Origin: Rebecca billardiae RCC1528
Lineage: Eukaryota > Protista > Haptophyta
Assembly: GCA_965240325.2 (NCBI GenBank)
Contig: OZ251222.1
Location: 3,906,001 to 3,970,000, forward strand
Length of the DNA stretch: 64,000 nucleotides
Direction: 5' to 3'
A program made the translations under genes and the position numbers. Shown one piece after another: positions 24,661 to 37,292 of the stretch. How positions within the stretch are numbered: position 1 is the stretch's first letter; each line of letters begins with the position of its first letter. The notes below the pieces were generated by a model that was given only the letters and a program-made list of their open reading frames with translations, was not told the DNA's origin and searched no databases.

Positions 24661-27600
24661 ATGGCAGAAGCGGCCGTGGATGCGCCGACCACGGCCCGCG
24701 AGTCGGGGGGCGAGGGCGGGGGCGAGAGCGACGCCGATGTGGCCGAGCGTGGCGATGCAGATCACTGGAATGCGGCCGCAGACGCGCCTGCCGCCGAGGG
24801 CGAGGGCGAGGTCGCCGACGCGGATGCGGGCGCGGGCGAGAGCGCGGGCCTCCGCGGCATGCTCGAGCGAGCGCGCTCCCAGCGCAAGTTTGAGCTGAAC
24901 GGCGCGGAGATCGACCTGAACCAGCTGGTGCAGCCCGTGTTCAGCAGCCACCTCGAGGAGGCCCTCGCGATGCTCATCCTCACCGCGAAGCAGCAGGGCC
25001 AGCAGCTCGCCTTCCTCGAGCAGTGGTCGCACCACCTCGAGGATCTGGTCGAGAAGCCGGACGACACGCTGATGGCGCGCGCGACGGCGATGCGGCTGCG
25101 CACGGGGTTCGCGCCGTGGAAGGCGGTGTGGACCGGCTCCCGCCGCGGCTCGCGCGTGCGCGCGCGCGCGCTCCGCCAGCGCCACGCCAGCGAGCTGCTG
25201 CGCGACATGTTCGACGCGTGGCGCTGGTCTGGCGCCGTGAGCGCGCAGCTCGAGAGCGCGCTGCTCGCGACGGCGGACGTGCTCACGCACAACGGGATGC
25301 GCGTGTGGAACCTGCGCTCCGAGCAGATGCGCAGGGCCGCGGCGGACGACCGCGTCGCCGCGCTGCGCACGGAGGGCGCGCTGCTGCGCTCGCGCGTGAA
25401 CACGGCGACGGCCGCGCTGCAGGCGGAGCAGTCGGCGCACCAGCAGACGCTGCTCATGCTGCAGCAGCAGGTCGCGGGGCTGGACGTCTCGCGCAAGCAG
25501 CTCGAGCAGTTCGTGATCCAGCAGCAGGCGGAGGACGAGGGCGGTGAGAGCTCGCGCGCTCGCGCCGCGCGCGCGCATCCGCCGCCCGCCCCCTGTGCGC
25601 CCGCCCGAGCAGCCGCCAGGCATTGCGGTGATGCGGCCAGCGCTGAGCGCGGCGCGCCCCCGCTGCCCCGCCGCCGTTGGGCGGACGCGCCGCGCGCGCA
25701 GACGAGGGCGCCATCGTCGTGCACAAGGACGACGACGCTGACCTCTTCACCACCATCTCGCGCGCCTTCGACTCTGCAGTCTCCGCGGCCGCGCCCGCGG
25801 ACGAGGCCGAGGGCGGCGGCGGCGGCGGCGGTGGCGGCGCCTCGCTTGAGGTGGAGGTGGGCGAGCCGGCGCTGCACGCGCCATCGCCGTCGGCGCTGCG
25901 CACGGAGCTCCTCACCTCGGCGAACACCTCGTCGAGCCCCACCGCCACCGACGGCGCGGCCACGCTCCCCTTCGAGCCCGACCAGCCCGCGGTCGCGCAG
26001 CCCGGCTCGGCGGGCTCCCAGCTGCTCGTGCTCGCGAGCGCGCTCGGCGCGTCCGTGCAGTGCGCGACGGGCGTGCTGCGGATGGTGGACGCCGCGGGGC
26101 CGTCGGGCGGGTTCGGCGCGCTGGGCGACTCGATGACGCTGTCCCGCGCCGTGCGCATGGTCTCCGAGTCCGTCGCGGCCACCGGCGGCGCCGCCGCCTC
26201 GCAGATCGAGGGCCTGTCGATCGTGGCCGCGCGCGCGGACTCGGCCGCGTCGCGCGCGCGGCTGCTGAGCGATGACGCGAGGGCGGAGCGGTGCAAGGAG
26301 CTGGCGCGCAGCGCGGCGCGGTTCAGCGAGCGCTCGGTGACGGCGGCGACGGAGGCGAGCGACGCGGCCGAGCGGCTCGCGGCGTGCTCCGTCGAGCTCG
26401 CCGCGTACCCGATGCGCCTGGCGAGCGAGCGCGCGCCGGCGTCCGAGGTGTCAATGCACGCGCGAGCGTTTGCGCTCGCGGCCACGGCGGCGAGCGCGGC
26501 GGGCGCGGCGATCGGGCAGGTGATCTCGGCGACGCGGGTGATCGCGGTGGAGCACGCGACGACGCTCGGCGGGCCCGCCTCGCTGCCCGCCTCCGAGGCC
26601 AACGCCGCCCTCGAGCAGGCCGAGCAGGCGATGGGCGCGCTGCGGATGTCGGCGAACCGCGCGCGCGCGACCGCGGGCTCGTTTGAGGAGAGTGCGCGCG
26701 CGGGCGAGCCGCCCACGTCCGATGGGGCGCGCTCGGGGCTGGAGCAGACGGCGAACGCGGCGCGCGGCGCGGCGGCGTCGTCGCAGACGGCGCGCGACAC
26801 CGCCACGCGCCTCGCCGGCGCCAGCACCGCCCCCGGCGCCGAGGCGCCCTCGCCGGGCGCGTCCACGCTCAGGCACCGACCCGTCCCGGCCTCGGGCGGC
26901 GGCGCGGCCGCCAAGCCCGCGCGCGTCGGCAGCGGCGGCGGGAGCAGCGCGCGCGGGAAGGCGGCGGCGAGGCCGCCGCCGAAGCCGGTGGACACGGCGC
27001 GCGTCGAGTCGATGCGCCCGCCCAAGCCCGAGCAGAGCGGCGCGAAGAGCGGCGGCGCGACGCCCACGGGCCGCTCGCACCCCGAGGGCGGTCGCACCAA
27101 GCCGAGCGCCGCGCCCGCCAACGTGGCGCTGTCGGTGCCGGTGTCGCCGATGGGTACGGGCGCGAAGGCGGCGCGCTGGGCGAACGCGCACGTGATCCAG
27201 TCGTTCGACGAGACGTCCGTGCAGGTGCAGACGGCGGACGGGCTCACGCAGTCCGTGCCGATCACCGCCGAGATCGCGCAGCGGCTCGCCGCGCGCGCGG
27301 AGGCGTCGTCCGAGGCATCGCGCACGCCGCGCAAGGGGCGCGGCCGCGCGACCGCCGACAGCCTGCTGCAGTCGGACGAGTTCGTGAGCGAGCTCAAGGT
27401 GAAGCTGGGCGCGGGCGGCGGGGCGAAGCTCGACCCGGCGCTGCTCGTCGCGATGCAGCGCGTCGCCGACCGCGCGAGCTCCTCCCTCGACGGCGAGGTC
27501 GCCGCGCCCGCCGGCTCGGCGGGCCTCGCCGCCGTGCCGGGCGGCGACGGCGACGGCGCGTCGGTCGGCGCCATCGCCGCGCTCGCCCGGCTCGAGACGG

Positions 27601-29561
27601 TGCTCGCGCGCTTCGCGCCGGAGATCCGCACGATGGCGACCGGCGGGCCGCGCGCCGTCGCGCCGGCCGAGCTCCCGCCCGGCGCGAGCGGCGCGCTCGA
27701 CGAGCTCCCGCTCCTCAAGCGCCGGCTGGAGGCGATCCGCTCGGACGTGGACGGTCTGCTCAAGCGAGTGCCGCCCACCGGCCCGGCGATTGACGACGCG
27801 GTGCGCGCGGCGGAGGAGCGGGTGGACATGATGTCCGCGTCGATGAAGGGGCTGCGGCAGGAGCTCGAGGCGCGGATCGCCGAGACGGGCGACAGCCTGC
27901 ACGCCTTCAAGGAGTCCGAGGCGCTGGTCGACCAGTCGCTCGCCTCGAGGCTCGAGCGGCTCGCGCAGGCGCCCTCAGCGAGCGAGATGGCGGCCAAGGC
28001 GGCGACCGACGGCGACCTGAGCGGGATCGCAAACGCCGTGGCGCAGACGACGTCCAAGCTGCTCATGCTGCAGGAGGAGCTCGACTCGAAGACGGGCTCC
28101 GTGCGCGAGGACCTCTCCGGCGTCTTCGCCAAGCTCGCCGAGACCGAGGCGAAGCTGCCCGAGCTGCGCTCGCACGTGGACAGCGTGCAGTCCGAGCTGC
28201 TGCGCAAGCTGGCCAACTCGGAGGACCTGCAGCGCTCGCTGCAGGAGGACATGGCGCGGCTCGCGTCCAAGGAGGCGCTCGAGCTGCTGGACAACGCGAT
28301 CGCGTCGGCGGTGAAGGAGGAGGACTTCGCCGCCTTCAAGGAGCTGCTGCAGGAGGAGGTCGGCGGCGTGCAGCTCTCCAACCAGGAGATTGCAAAGCGC
28401 GCAGACATGCTCGCTCACAAGCTGGACGAGGTCTGGGCGCGCGCGCGGCCGGACACGGGCGGCAGCGCGCCGCCGCCGCCCCACCCGGAGGTCGGCGCCT
28501 TGCTCGGTACGCGCGCGAGAGCGCGCCGCGCCGCGCGCGCGCTCGGCCCGCCCCCGCGCGCGCGCGCCGTTTGGCCTGCTCACCGCCGCACGTGCCGCCG
28601 CGCCCGCTGTGCCGTGCCGTGCTGTGCCGTGCCGTGCCGTGCCGTGCAAATGCGCAGGCGTGGTCGTGCAGTGCTGCCGCGCCATCGACCAGGTGGTGGA
28701 GACGCAGGGCAGGGAGCAGACCGCCATGCTCGTGCAGCCCGAGTCCAACGCCACCATAAAGAAGCAGTTCATGCCCGCCATCGTCGGCAAGGTGCGCGCG
28801 CGCGCGCATGCCTTGGGTGCAGGGCTGTCGGCGCGCGCGCTCGCGCGTGCACGGACGGCCGCGGCGGACGCCGAGCGCCCGCGCCCGCCCCGCCGCGCCC
28901 CTCCCGCGCGCAGGGCAGCCGCATCAAGCAGCAGGCGCTGCTCAAGACGATGCTGCACCAGCGCTTCAAGCAGGAGCTCGATGCCATCGCCAGGGTGAGC
29001 GCGCTGTGCCGCGGCGACACGCGCCGCGCGCCGCGCGAGGGGCTGAGCGTAAGGGACTGAGCCGAGCGCCCCGCGGCGCGCTCCGTCCGCGCGCGCCACG
29101 CGCAGACGCCGACCAACTCGCCGCCGCCCACTCGGCCACCGCCGCGGCTGACCGACGTGTATATTTACGGCGACGACGGCAAGCCGTACCGAGCGTCGCT
29201 CAACGTCGAGGTCCGCAAGGGCGACCCCGCGCTGGGACGGCGCGGCTCGCGCGGCATGCAGCAGCGCAGGTCTCCGCGCAGCCGCGTCGGCCTTGTCGCG
29301 CCGGCGACCTCGCAGCTGCACGCGCTGCCGGCGATGCAGCTCGCCAACCAGTCGAGCATCGAGAGCTCCGGGCTCTCGGTCGCCATGCCCACGGTCATGT
29401 CGGGCTCGCCCGCGGCGACGAACCCGCTCGGCCGGCGCGCAATCAACCCGATCACGCCGTACGAGCTGTGGGGCCTCAAGAACCCGAGTCTGAACAAGAA
29501 GCGGGCGACGAGCCTTGCGCCCCTCGCCGCAGGGACGAGCGGCAGCGTGAGCTACAGCTGA
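24661..29561 (+). CDS. Large coiled-coil protein, QRICH2/DUF4795-like C-terminus, ~1452 aa
   Basis: Exons 24661-25543, 25702-28506, 28658-28791, 28914-28994, 29106-29561 close in frame. Long heptad region at ~27.7-28.4 kb; YIYGDDGKPYR resembles the GxDGxxY motif. Family call is tentative. Confidence 0.6.
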
Positions 29562-29837
29562 TGACGATATGCACACCACTTCGACCTCATCGGCACGCGC
29601 GCCGTCGTGGCCGTGACTGCTGCGCATGGGTGCAATGCATGTACTATGCGTGATGGCTGATGACGACGATACGGCCACGGCGATGGCCTTCCACATCTCA
29701 CTCGTCGTTGCCATATCGTCGTCGTCATTCAAGTGGCAGCATGCGTAGCTGGACGCGACGGTCATCGCGTCTTGGCATGTATGTATATATATATATACAC
29801 ACGCAATGACGATACATTACGCTCATCAGGACTGCTC

Positions 29838-31415
29838 TCAAACGATCGGAGATGGAGGCATCCTCGGGCCCCACTCATCGTCATCCTCGTCATCCCTGCG
29901 GCAATCGGCCTCGGCCTCATCAGCCTCGGGCTCGGTTGCGCCAAAGTTGATGCTGCGGTCGTTCAGCATAAGCACGGCGTCGTCAAAGAGCGACTCGGCG
30001 TGCGAGCATGCGCCGAGCGGGACGCGAGAGGTTGTCTCGACGCGGAACTCTCGGTGACCAAAGCTGGTGGCCAGGCCACGTCGGCACGGCACGCTCGATT
30101 CGCCACCGCCGTCCTTGCGCGAGCAGCGTTGCGGCTTTGCCGGCGCGTTCACGTGGTGGCGGTCGAGCCACGTGTCAGGTGCGTCCGCGGCGCAGGATGG
30201 CGAGCCCGGCGCCATCAAGTCCGGCGACGCGCATGCCTCACCGCCAGCGCACGTTGCGGACGCTGGCACATCGGCGTACACGGCTGGCAGCTCCTCGCAC
30301 AGCCACTGCAGGGCAGAAGGTCGCACATCGACCACGAGCTTTGTGCCGGCCGCCGCATGCGCGGGCACGCTCATCACCTCGCTGCCCTCATGGCGCACGC
30401 TCAGATCAATCAAGCTGCCAGCGGCGGCCGCTTCCCACTCATCCGCTCCCGGATTGGGTTCGGGCATGGTGCTCGCGTCGATCAGGGGATACGCGCACTC
30501 CTCATCCAGCTGCACGACCTCCTCGGCCGCGGCGAAGATGTCGAGGATGTCAGGCAGCTCGCATGCGGTGCCGCGCTGGAGCGCATGCACAGGCAGCGGC
30601 GCGCGCGGCCGCTCCAGCTGCTTCACAGGCGTGATGGTGATCGGCGGCGGATTCGCCAGGTACGCCTCGAGCTTGAGTAGCTGGCGCGATTGCTTCGCAA
30701 TGAGACCCTCCAGAGTCTGCAGCGACTCCTGCACGTGCCGCTCTTGGATCGGCTGCTCGGCGCGCGCGCGCTTGTGAAGCCGGAGCTCGCTTTCGAGCGC
30801 ACTCTGCGCGCTGCGCTGCTCCTCGGTCGCCCGATCGACTGCAGAGCGCGGAACCGAGCCGGCGCGCACGCACGAGCAAGGTGGATCAGCGGCTACGCGC
30901 ATGCGCGGCGATCGTGCGTTCGCGCGCGCAGCGCATGCTAGCGCACCGTCTTCGCGGAGCATGCTGATCTCGCGCTTGAGCGACTTCACGACCTCAATCA
31001 GCTCGCGCTCAGCCTCGGATGGAGCAGCCGCGGCGGGCAGCGTTTGCTGCTCGGTCTGCGCGATGACGACACCTCTCCCACAGCTGGGCTCGCTCGGAGC
31101 GCGATCGAGGCTTGGGTGGGGGGCCGGCGATGACGCAGCGACATGCGGGACGAGCCAAGGGTCGGAAGCATCCGCCACAGGCGCCACAGGGTGCTGAGGA
31201 CGAGGCGGCGGAGGCGGCATGACGAGCGAGGCATCGCTGCATGTCTGCGAGTCCGTCGGTAGGTACTTGAGGCACTGCGCGTACGTCTGGCTGCCGTGCA
31301 AGCTCGCCTTGAACATGGTCCCGATCACTGCCGATCGCGCCGATGACGTCCCGGCGCTCCTGTCAGCGGCCGCGGCGGCGGGCGGTTGGCGGGCTCGCTT
31401 GCCGTGTATCACCAT
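29838..31415 (-). CDS. Hypothetical protein with central coiled coil, ~489 aa
   Basis: In-frame 108-nt intron 30946-30839 (GTGCGC...TGCAG) interrupts the coiled coil. Alternative upstream ATG at 31478. Confidence 0.55.
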   Translation of the reverse strand: MVIHGKRARQPPAAAAADRSAGTSSARSAVIGTMFKASLHGSQTYAQCLKYLPTDSQTCSDASLVMPPPPPRPQHPVAPVADASDPWLVPHVAASSPAPHPSLDRAPSEPSCGRGVVIAQTEQQTLPAAAAPSEAERELIEVVKSLKREISMLREDGALACAARANARSPRMRVAADPPCSCVRAGSVPRSAVDRATEEQRSAQSALESELRLHKRARAEQPIQERHVQESLQTLEGLIAKQSRQLLKLEAYLANPPPITITPVKQLERPRAPLPVHALQRGTACELPDILDIFAAAEEVVQLDEECAYPLIDASTMPEPNPGADEWEAAAAGSLIDLSVRHEGSEVMSVPAHAAAGTKLVVDVRPSALQWLCEELPAVYADVPASATCAGGEACASPDLMAPGSPSCAADAPDTWLDRHHVNAPAKPQRCSRKDGGGESSVPCRRGLATSFGHREFRVETTSRVPLGACSHAESLFDDAVLMLNDRSINFGATEPEADEAEADCRRDDEDDDEWGPRMPPSPIV

Positions 31416-31522
31416 CAATTTCTTTTCTTTTCCCGCCCGTGCCGATTTTCTCGCGGGCGAGGCCACGGCGCCCGGCATCGTTCGGGGCGCACGATGCACG
31501 CAAGCATCAGGGCGTGAACGGC

Positions 31523-34500
31523 ATGCAACGCTCCGCCGGGCGCAAGGCGCCGCGCCGCGGTGCCACGACGGTGGCGCGGCGGCTGGCGCCGATTCTGCTC
31601 CTGCTCTTCTTCTGCGCCTACGGCCTCTGGGCCGCCAGCGTGCTGCGGTCGCAAGACGACACGGGCACGGCGCAGCAGAAGCCTGTGCCCGGGTTTGGCG
31701 CGCGCCCAGAGCCGCCGCTCGGACTCGCAGCGCAGCCCGAACGCTTCGCGGCCGCGACGCCGCTTGCCGGTCTGAGAGGCACGGCCGGCGCAGACCCGCG
31801 CGCCCCGGGCAGCCAGACACGCAGCGCGGCGGCAGCGGCACCCGGCGCGGACGGCGTTGCGCGCGGCTCGGCGACGGTGCTCCCAGTGGCCCAAGGGGCA
31901 GTGAGCGGGCGTACGGGCCATCCTGCGGCTGCGCCCGTGGCAGCCCTGCCGGCAGAGTCGGCAGCCCCGTCGCCGCGCTGCAACTACAGCAGCAGCGGCC
32001 CGCCGAGCGGGACGTCCGCCGAGTTTGCGTCCGAGGCGGACGCGATCACGCTCGGCCTGCTCGACGGACCCGACCGGCCGGCGATGCTGGACAACCAGGC
32101 GCTGACGCTCGGCGTGTGGGTGTACGTGAGCGCGGGGAGCGAGTCGATCCAGACCGTCGTCTCGAGCAAGGCGGCGGGCTGCGACGCCAACCCGAGCCAC
32201 TACGGGTTTGCGCTGTTTGTGAACGAGTGGCAGACGGCCAGCCAGCAGGCGTGGCTCAGCTGGGGCAACGAGCACTCGGGGTGCGAGGAGCTCGGGAGCG
32301 CGCGGCAGGCGGTGCCGTACACGACGTGGACACACCTGGCCGCCGTGTTCGAGCCGCACGCCGACGGCGAGCACTTCACCGCCCGCGTCTACGTGAACGG
32401 CGCGCTGTCGGCGACCACGGAGAAGGGCGGCCCCGGCTCGGCCAAGATCTCGACCGCGCTGCCCTCGCGCCCGCTCGTGCAGGTGCGCGCGGAGGCGCGC
32501 GAGGCGGCGCGCCGGCGCTGCGCGCGCGCACGCGGCTGACCCCGCCCCCGTCCCCGCGCGCGCCCCGCCGCGGCCCCGCGCCGCTCCGCCGCGCCGCGCA
32601 GCCGGGGCACGAGACGTACGTGGGCGTGCACGCAGACAAGACGCACCCCTTCCACGGGGCGATGGACGAGCTCGCCGTTTGGCACGGCGTGCTGTCGGCC
32701 AGCGAGCTCGTCGAGCAGGTTGTGAGCTGCGAGCCACCGCCCGCAGCAAGCGCCATCCTTGTGGCGCGCGAGCGCTTCGAGTACGCGTCGGAGCGCGCAG
32801 ACGTGGCGAAGAGACGAGCACGCACGTGAGTGGCGCGACGCGCGCGCGCTGCGCGCCGCGCGCGCGCCGCGCTGATCGCGTGCGTGCGCGCCGATCGGCC
32901 GCGCCGCCGTCGCGCCGCGCAGCAAGGCATCGAGCGCCTTCGCCAACAAGGTCTCCGTGCCGGCCGCCGCGCGCAGCGCGCAGACGCGCGTCACCTCCGC
33001 GCTGAAGCAGTCCGAGATCAAGGTGGCGCGCACGTGGACGGCGCCGCCCACGGACGCGGAGCGCAAGGCGAGCGACGAGCTCGCGGTGGAGAGGCTCGAG
33101 GCGGTGCGCAGGGGGTTCAAGCACGCGTGGGATGGTGCGCGCGCGCGACGCGGCCGCCGTGGCCGCTCGCCGCGCCCGCGCCGCGCCGCGCGCGTTGTCC
33201 CACCCTCGTTGTTGGTTCCGTCGGCTCGGGCTCAGCCTCGCGCTGGGCACAGTGCCGCGCGGATGTTGTATTGGGTGGCACAGCATCTGTGGTGTGGTAT
33301 CTGACCGCCGGTCGTCGGCCATCGACGGCGGACTTTCGCGCACACCGACAGCCGCGCACGCGCCGCCGACGCCGAGCGCACGCCGCGCGCCGCGCCGCCG
33401 AGCGCCCAGCCATCTCGCGTGCGCGCCTCATGCCGCGCCTGCCGCTGCGGCGCGCGCCGCGCGCGCGCAGGCTACAAGCGGTATGCCTGGGGCCAGGACG
33501 AGCTGAAGCCCAAGTCGAACACGTCCAAGAACTGGTTGCACCAGGCGGCGACGATGATCGACTCGCTCGACTGCCTGTGGATGTGCGCGCCGCGCGCCCG
33601 CCAGCCCCACACCGCCGCCCGCCCGCGGCAAGCCGACCTGCGCGAGCGCTCGCGCGCGCGTGCCCCCCCGGCGCTCTGCGCGCACGCGCGCGGCACGGCG
33701 CGCGCGCGCAGCATGGGCTTCAAGGAGGACTTCTACGAGGCGCGCGACTGGATCAAGGCCAACCTGCACTTCGACTTCTCCGCCGGCGTCTCGGTCTTCG
33801 AGACGATCATCCGCTCGCTCGGCGGGCTGCTCTCCGCGTACGACCTCTCGCGCGACCACGTGTTCCTCGACAAGGCGGTCGAGCTGGCGGACGTGCTGCT
33901 CAAGGCCTTCACCTCGCCCACCGGGCTGCCGTGCACCACGCTCAACTTCAAGACGGGCGCGTGCACGTTCCCGTCGTGGACGGGCGGCGCGGCGATCCTC
34001 TCCGAGTTCGGCACGATCCAGCTCGAGTTCAAGTACCTCACGCAGCACACGGGCGACCCCAAGTACGCGGACGCGGCGCTGCGCGTGATGTCGCTCGTGC
34101 GCTCGCAGCCGTCGACGCATGGCATGTACCCGACGTACCTCAACGCCAAGACGGGCAAGTTCAGCAACGCGGTGATCACGTTCGGCGCGCTCGGCGACTC
34201 GTTCTACGAGTACCTGATCAAGCAGTGGGTGCAGACGGGCAAGCGCGAGCCGTGGCTGCGCAAGATGTACGACGACGCGATGGACGGGCTGACCGGGTAC
34301 ATGCTGCAGCGCTCGACGCCGGGCGAGCTGCTGTACGTCGCCGACTACAACGGGCGCGCTTACAACCACAAGATGGACCACCTCGTGTGCTTCGTCGGCG
34401 CGATGCTCGCCCTCGGCGCGCGCGACGGGCACCCGAACGACGAGCAGCACCTGGCCGTCGCCGAGGGGCTGACGGAGACGTGCTACCAGATGTACGCGCG

Positions 34501-34927
34501 CCAGCCGACCGGCCTGAGCCCGGAGTTTGTCACGTTCGCGGCCGGCAACGACTTCCAGGTGCCGAACAACGCAAAGTTCAACATCCTGCGGCCGGAGGCG
34601 ATCGAGAGCATCTTCTACCTGCACTACTACACGCGGCAGCCGCGCTACCGCGAGCAGGGCTGGGCGATGTTCCAAGCGTTCGAGCAGTGGTCTCGCACGC
34701 CGTCGGGGTACGCGGCCATCCCCAACGTGCTCGACACGTCGCACAAGCAGGACGACAAGATGGAGTCCTTCTGGCTCGCCGAGACCATGAAGTACTTCTA
34801 CCTGCTGTTCGATTCGTCGGACCCCATCCCGCTCGACAAGTACGTCTTCAACACCGAGGCCCATCCGCTTTCCGTCTTCGAGGATCCCGCAGATGCCGTC
34901 CTCGGGGTGCGCCACGGCATCGAATGA
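31523..34927 (+). CDS. Class I alpha-1,2-mannosidase (GH47) with N-terminal TM anchor and LamG/ConA-like domain, ~907 aa
   Basis: Exons 31523-32482, 32602-32825, 32923-33134, 33471-33582, 33712-34927. HAWDGYKRYAWGQDELKP, VFETIIRSLGGLLSAY, GALGDSFYEYLIK, LRPEAIES, MESFWLAETMKYFYLLF, NTEAHP. LamG motifs TLGVWV, WTHLAAVF, YVNG, FHGAMDELAVW. Confidence 0.95.
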
Positions 34928-35672
34928 CCATCATCACATTGTCATGTCATTGAAGCGGGCCGGCTCGCCACTCTCGTAGCCTTGAAGTTGATGACTCGAT
35001 CCGACGATCCGATACTTCGACGGCCGAGTGCGACAGTCTGAGAGTAAGTCCGTTGGCGGCCCGGCGCGGCAGACGTGAGACGGGCCGGCCGGCGGACCGG
35101 ACACCGGTCGCCGCCGGCCCGCCGCGGCGCCGCCGCCGGCCGCGGGCGCCCGTGCCCGCGGTGACGGACACGGGCCTCGCGGACTCGCGCAGTGCGCCGT
35201 GGCCCTTGCGGGGGGCAGTCACTGAGTCCGTGCGCCCGGGTGCGGCGCGTGCGCCTCGGCGGGGCTGCGGAGTGCGGGCCCCTGCGGCGCGGGCGGCGCG
35301 CCCGGGCGCGGGCGGGCCGGCGCCCCGCGGCGCCGCCGGCGGGCCGGGCGGCGGGGCGGGGCGGATGACGCCTGAGACTCGGGGAGTTGGCACGGTTATA
35401 ATGTTGAAACTACTAGGTGACACGATGGCCATTCGGGGTTCAAGGACCACTGTTGGCTGTGGCTGACGCCGGGGGCGCTCGCAGCCCGCGCGGACCAGCG
35501 CCGCCCGGCTGCAGGCTGAGTGGCCGCTGGGGCGGCGCTGTGCGGGGAGAAGGGACTGTGAGACGGACATCAGGGTTGGGCTGTGATGCGTTAAGGGCGA
35601 CGTCGGAAGGAGAATCCTGCAGGAATGGATGCCTCGGAAGTGCTGTACATGCGCCTGCGCTTGTGCTGGTGG

Positions 35673-36038
35673 TCACTGCATGCACGCCATCACCGACACC
35701 GTCACACCGTCCTCCACTCCGGATTCGAGAAGTGTCGCGCAGTCGTTGTTCAGCAGCTGGAGACCGCGCGGAGGGAAGCAGGTCGGGTTGACGAAGAGGC
35801 GAAAAGCGCGGCTGTCGACTCCGGCGGCTGCCGCGATTGCTTTGCGCAGCTCGCCAACGGTTTGCTGAGGCGGAAGACGCAGTGCGAGCTCCCACGACGA
35901 CGCCAGCCCAACGACGCGAATGGTTGTGAGGGCGGCACACCGGCGGGAGGATTTGGCCAGGCGCTCGTCGCCCAGATCGTTCAGACCACGGCGGTCGACA
36001 TCCACTGGCTGCGCCGGCGCGGGGAGCACGGCGAGCAT
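35673..36038 (-). CDS. Small ubiquitin-like domain protein
   Basis: IRVVG...TVGELRKAIAAAAGV...FRLFV...LNNDCATLLESGVEDGVTVSV fits the beta-grasp Ubl pattern. No C-terminal GG. Confidence 0.65.
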   Translation of the reverse strand: MLAVLPAPAQPVDVDRRGLNDLGDERLAKSSRRCAALTTIRVVGLASSWELALRLPPQQTVGELRKAIAAAAGVDSRAFRLFVNPTCFPPRGLQLLNNDCATLLESGVEDGVTVSVMACMQ

Positions 36039-36372
36039 GTCGACGCGCGACGAGCACTTGATGGGCGAGAACTGAGAAGTCGCCCGCCGGCCGAGACGGT
36101 TTGACCAGTGGCTCTGGCTCGAGCTCTCGGCCCGCGCAGCACCGAGCACCAAGCGGCTTTCCAAGGGTGGTCGCGGCGGCGCCCCTGGCCACCGCCAGGT
36201 GATCAAGAGAGGATGAAAGTCTGAAACTGTTTCGCGCGCGGCCATTTAAATACGAGGAACTCGATCTCAAGCGATCTCACCCCACGGCACGGCCTTGGCA
36301 CGGCCACGGGCGCTCGTCCGGACCGCCCCGGACGCCGCCGCGCGCCCCGTCCAGCGACGAGGAGGCTGGCTC

Positions 36373-36748
36373 ATGATGAAGTCGTTTGCGTGCCTTCTCG
36401 CAGCGTTCGCGCTTCTGGTGGCGTCGGCGAGCGCCTTCATCGCTCCGCCGACCGGTGGCGCGGTCATGCGCTGCGCAGTTCCCAACAGCGCCATCGTGAT
36501 GGTACGTCGCCGCCCCAGGACCCTCGCCAGCGACTCCATCCCCGGGGCTGCACTGGCCTGCGCGCCTGACCATTCACGTGCGAATGATTGCGATCCGTGC
36601 GCGCCTGATCGCGCAGGGGCGTGGGGACAAGCGCACAAAGAAGGGCAAGATCAAGGCTGGATCGTTTGGCAACTCTCGCCCCCACCGCGCCCCGGAGAAG
36701 TACCGCCTGAAGAAGCCGGCTTCGTACGCTGCTCGGAGCGGGAACTAA
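36373..36748 (+). CDS. PSRP4: Plastid-targeted 30S ribosomal protein bTHX (PSRP4/S31), 86 aa
   Basis: Exons 36373-36501 and 36617-36748. Signal peptide plus ASA-F bipartite motif, then MGRGDKRTKKGKIKAGSFGNSRP (THX signature). Confidence 0.9.
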
Positions 36749-37292
36749 GGCGGCAGCTCTTGCGCTGCCTCGTGGGACTTGCGGGTCGCCAAGGCGTTTG
36801 ATGTGCGTCGTAGGTGGCACCTCGGGCGTTCGCATCGGTTCGTGGCCGACATCGCAATGCTGTGATGAATTTTGCGGCAGGCGACGGGGAGCACGGTCGC
36901 TGACCGCCCGGCGACGGCCCGCGCGGCCCAGTATTCTCGGAGTCTGCGGGACTCCGGTCCGAATCGCGCCCGCGCGGACCGCACTGTCCACTCGGCCCGC
37001 GGCGAGTCCTAAGTGGCAGCACATCGTCGCCGGACTGCTAAGTCTGATGATCCTGCCACTGACAGCTGGCGTGAGAAGGTCCTGTCCACGGCGACGCCAT
37101 TACAGTGGCACAATGGAGCCTGCCACAGAGGCACAGTAGTCGTACGAGATACATACTAACATAGAATCTCTGAAGTCTGAACTAGACACAGTACTTCTGG
37201 TTGGCGGAGTTCGTTTGGGGCTCGTTCATTTTAACGATTGACGCGGTTCTTTGCGGAGTCTCTTGCGAACGACGGGCGGCGGCCGGCACGGA

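Noticed and set aside
35673-35700. Ubl C-terminus ACMQ as a CaaX (MUB-like) signal
   Set aside because: The Cys is third from the end, not fourth.
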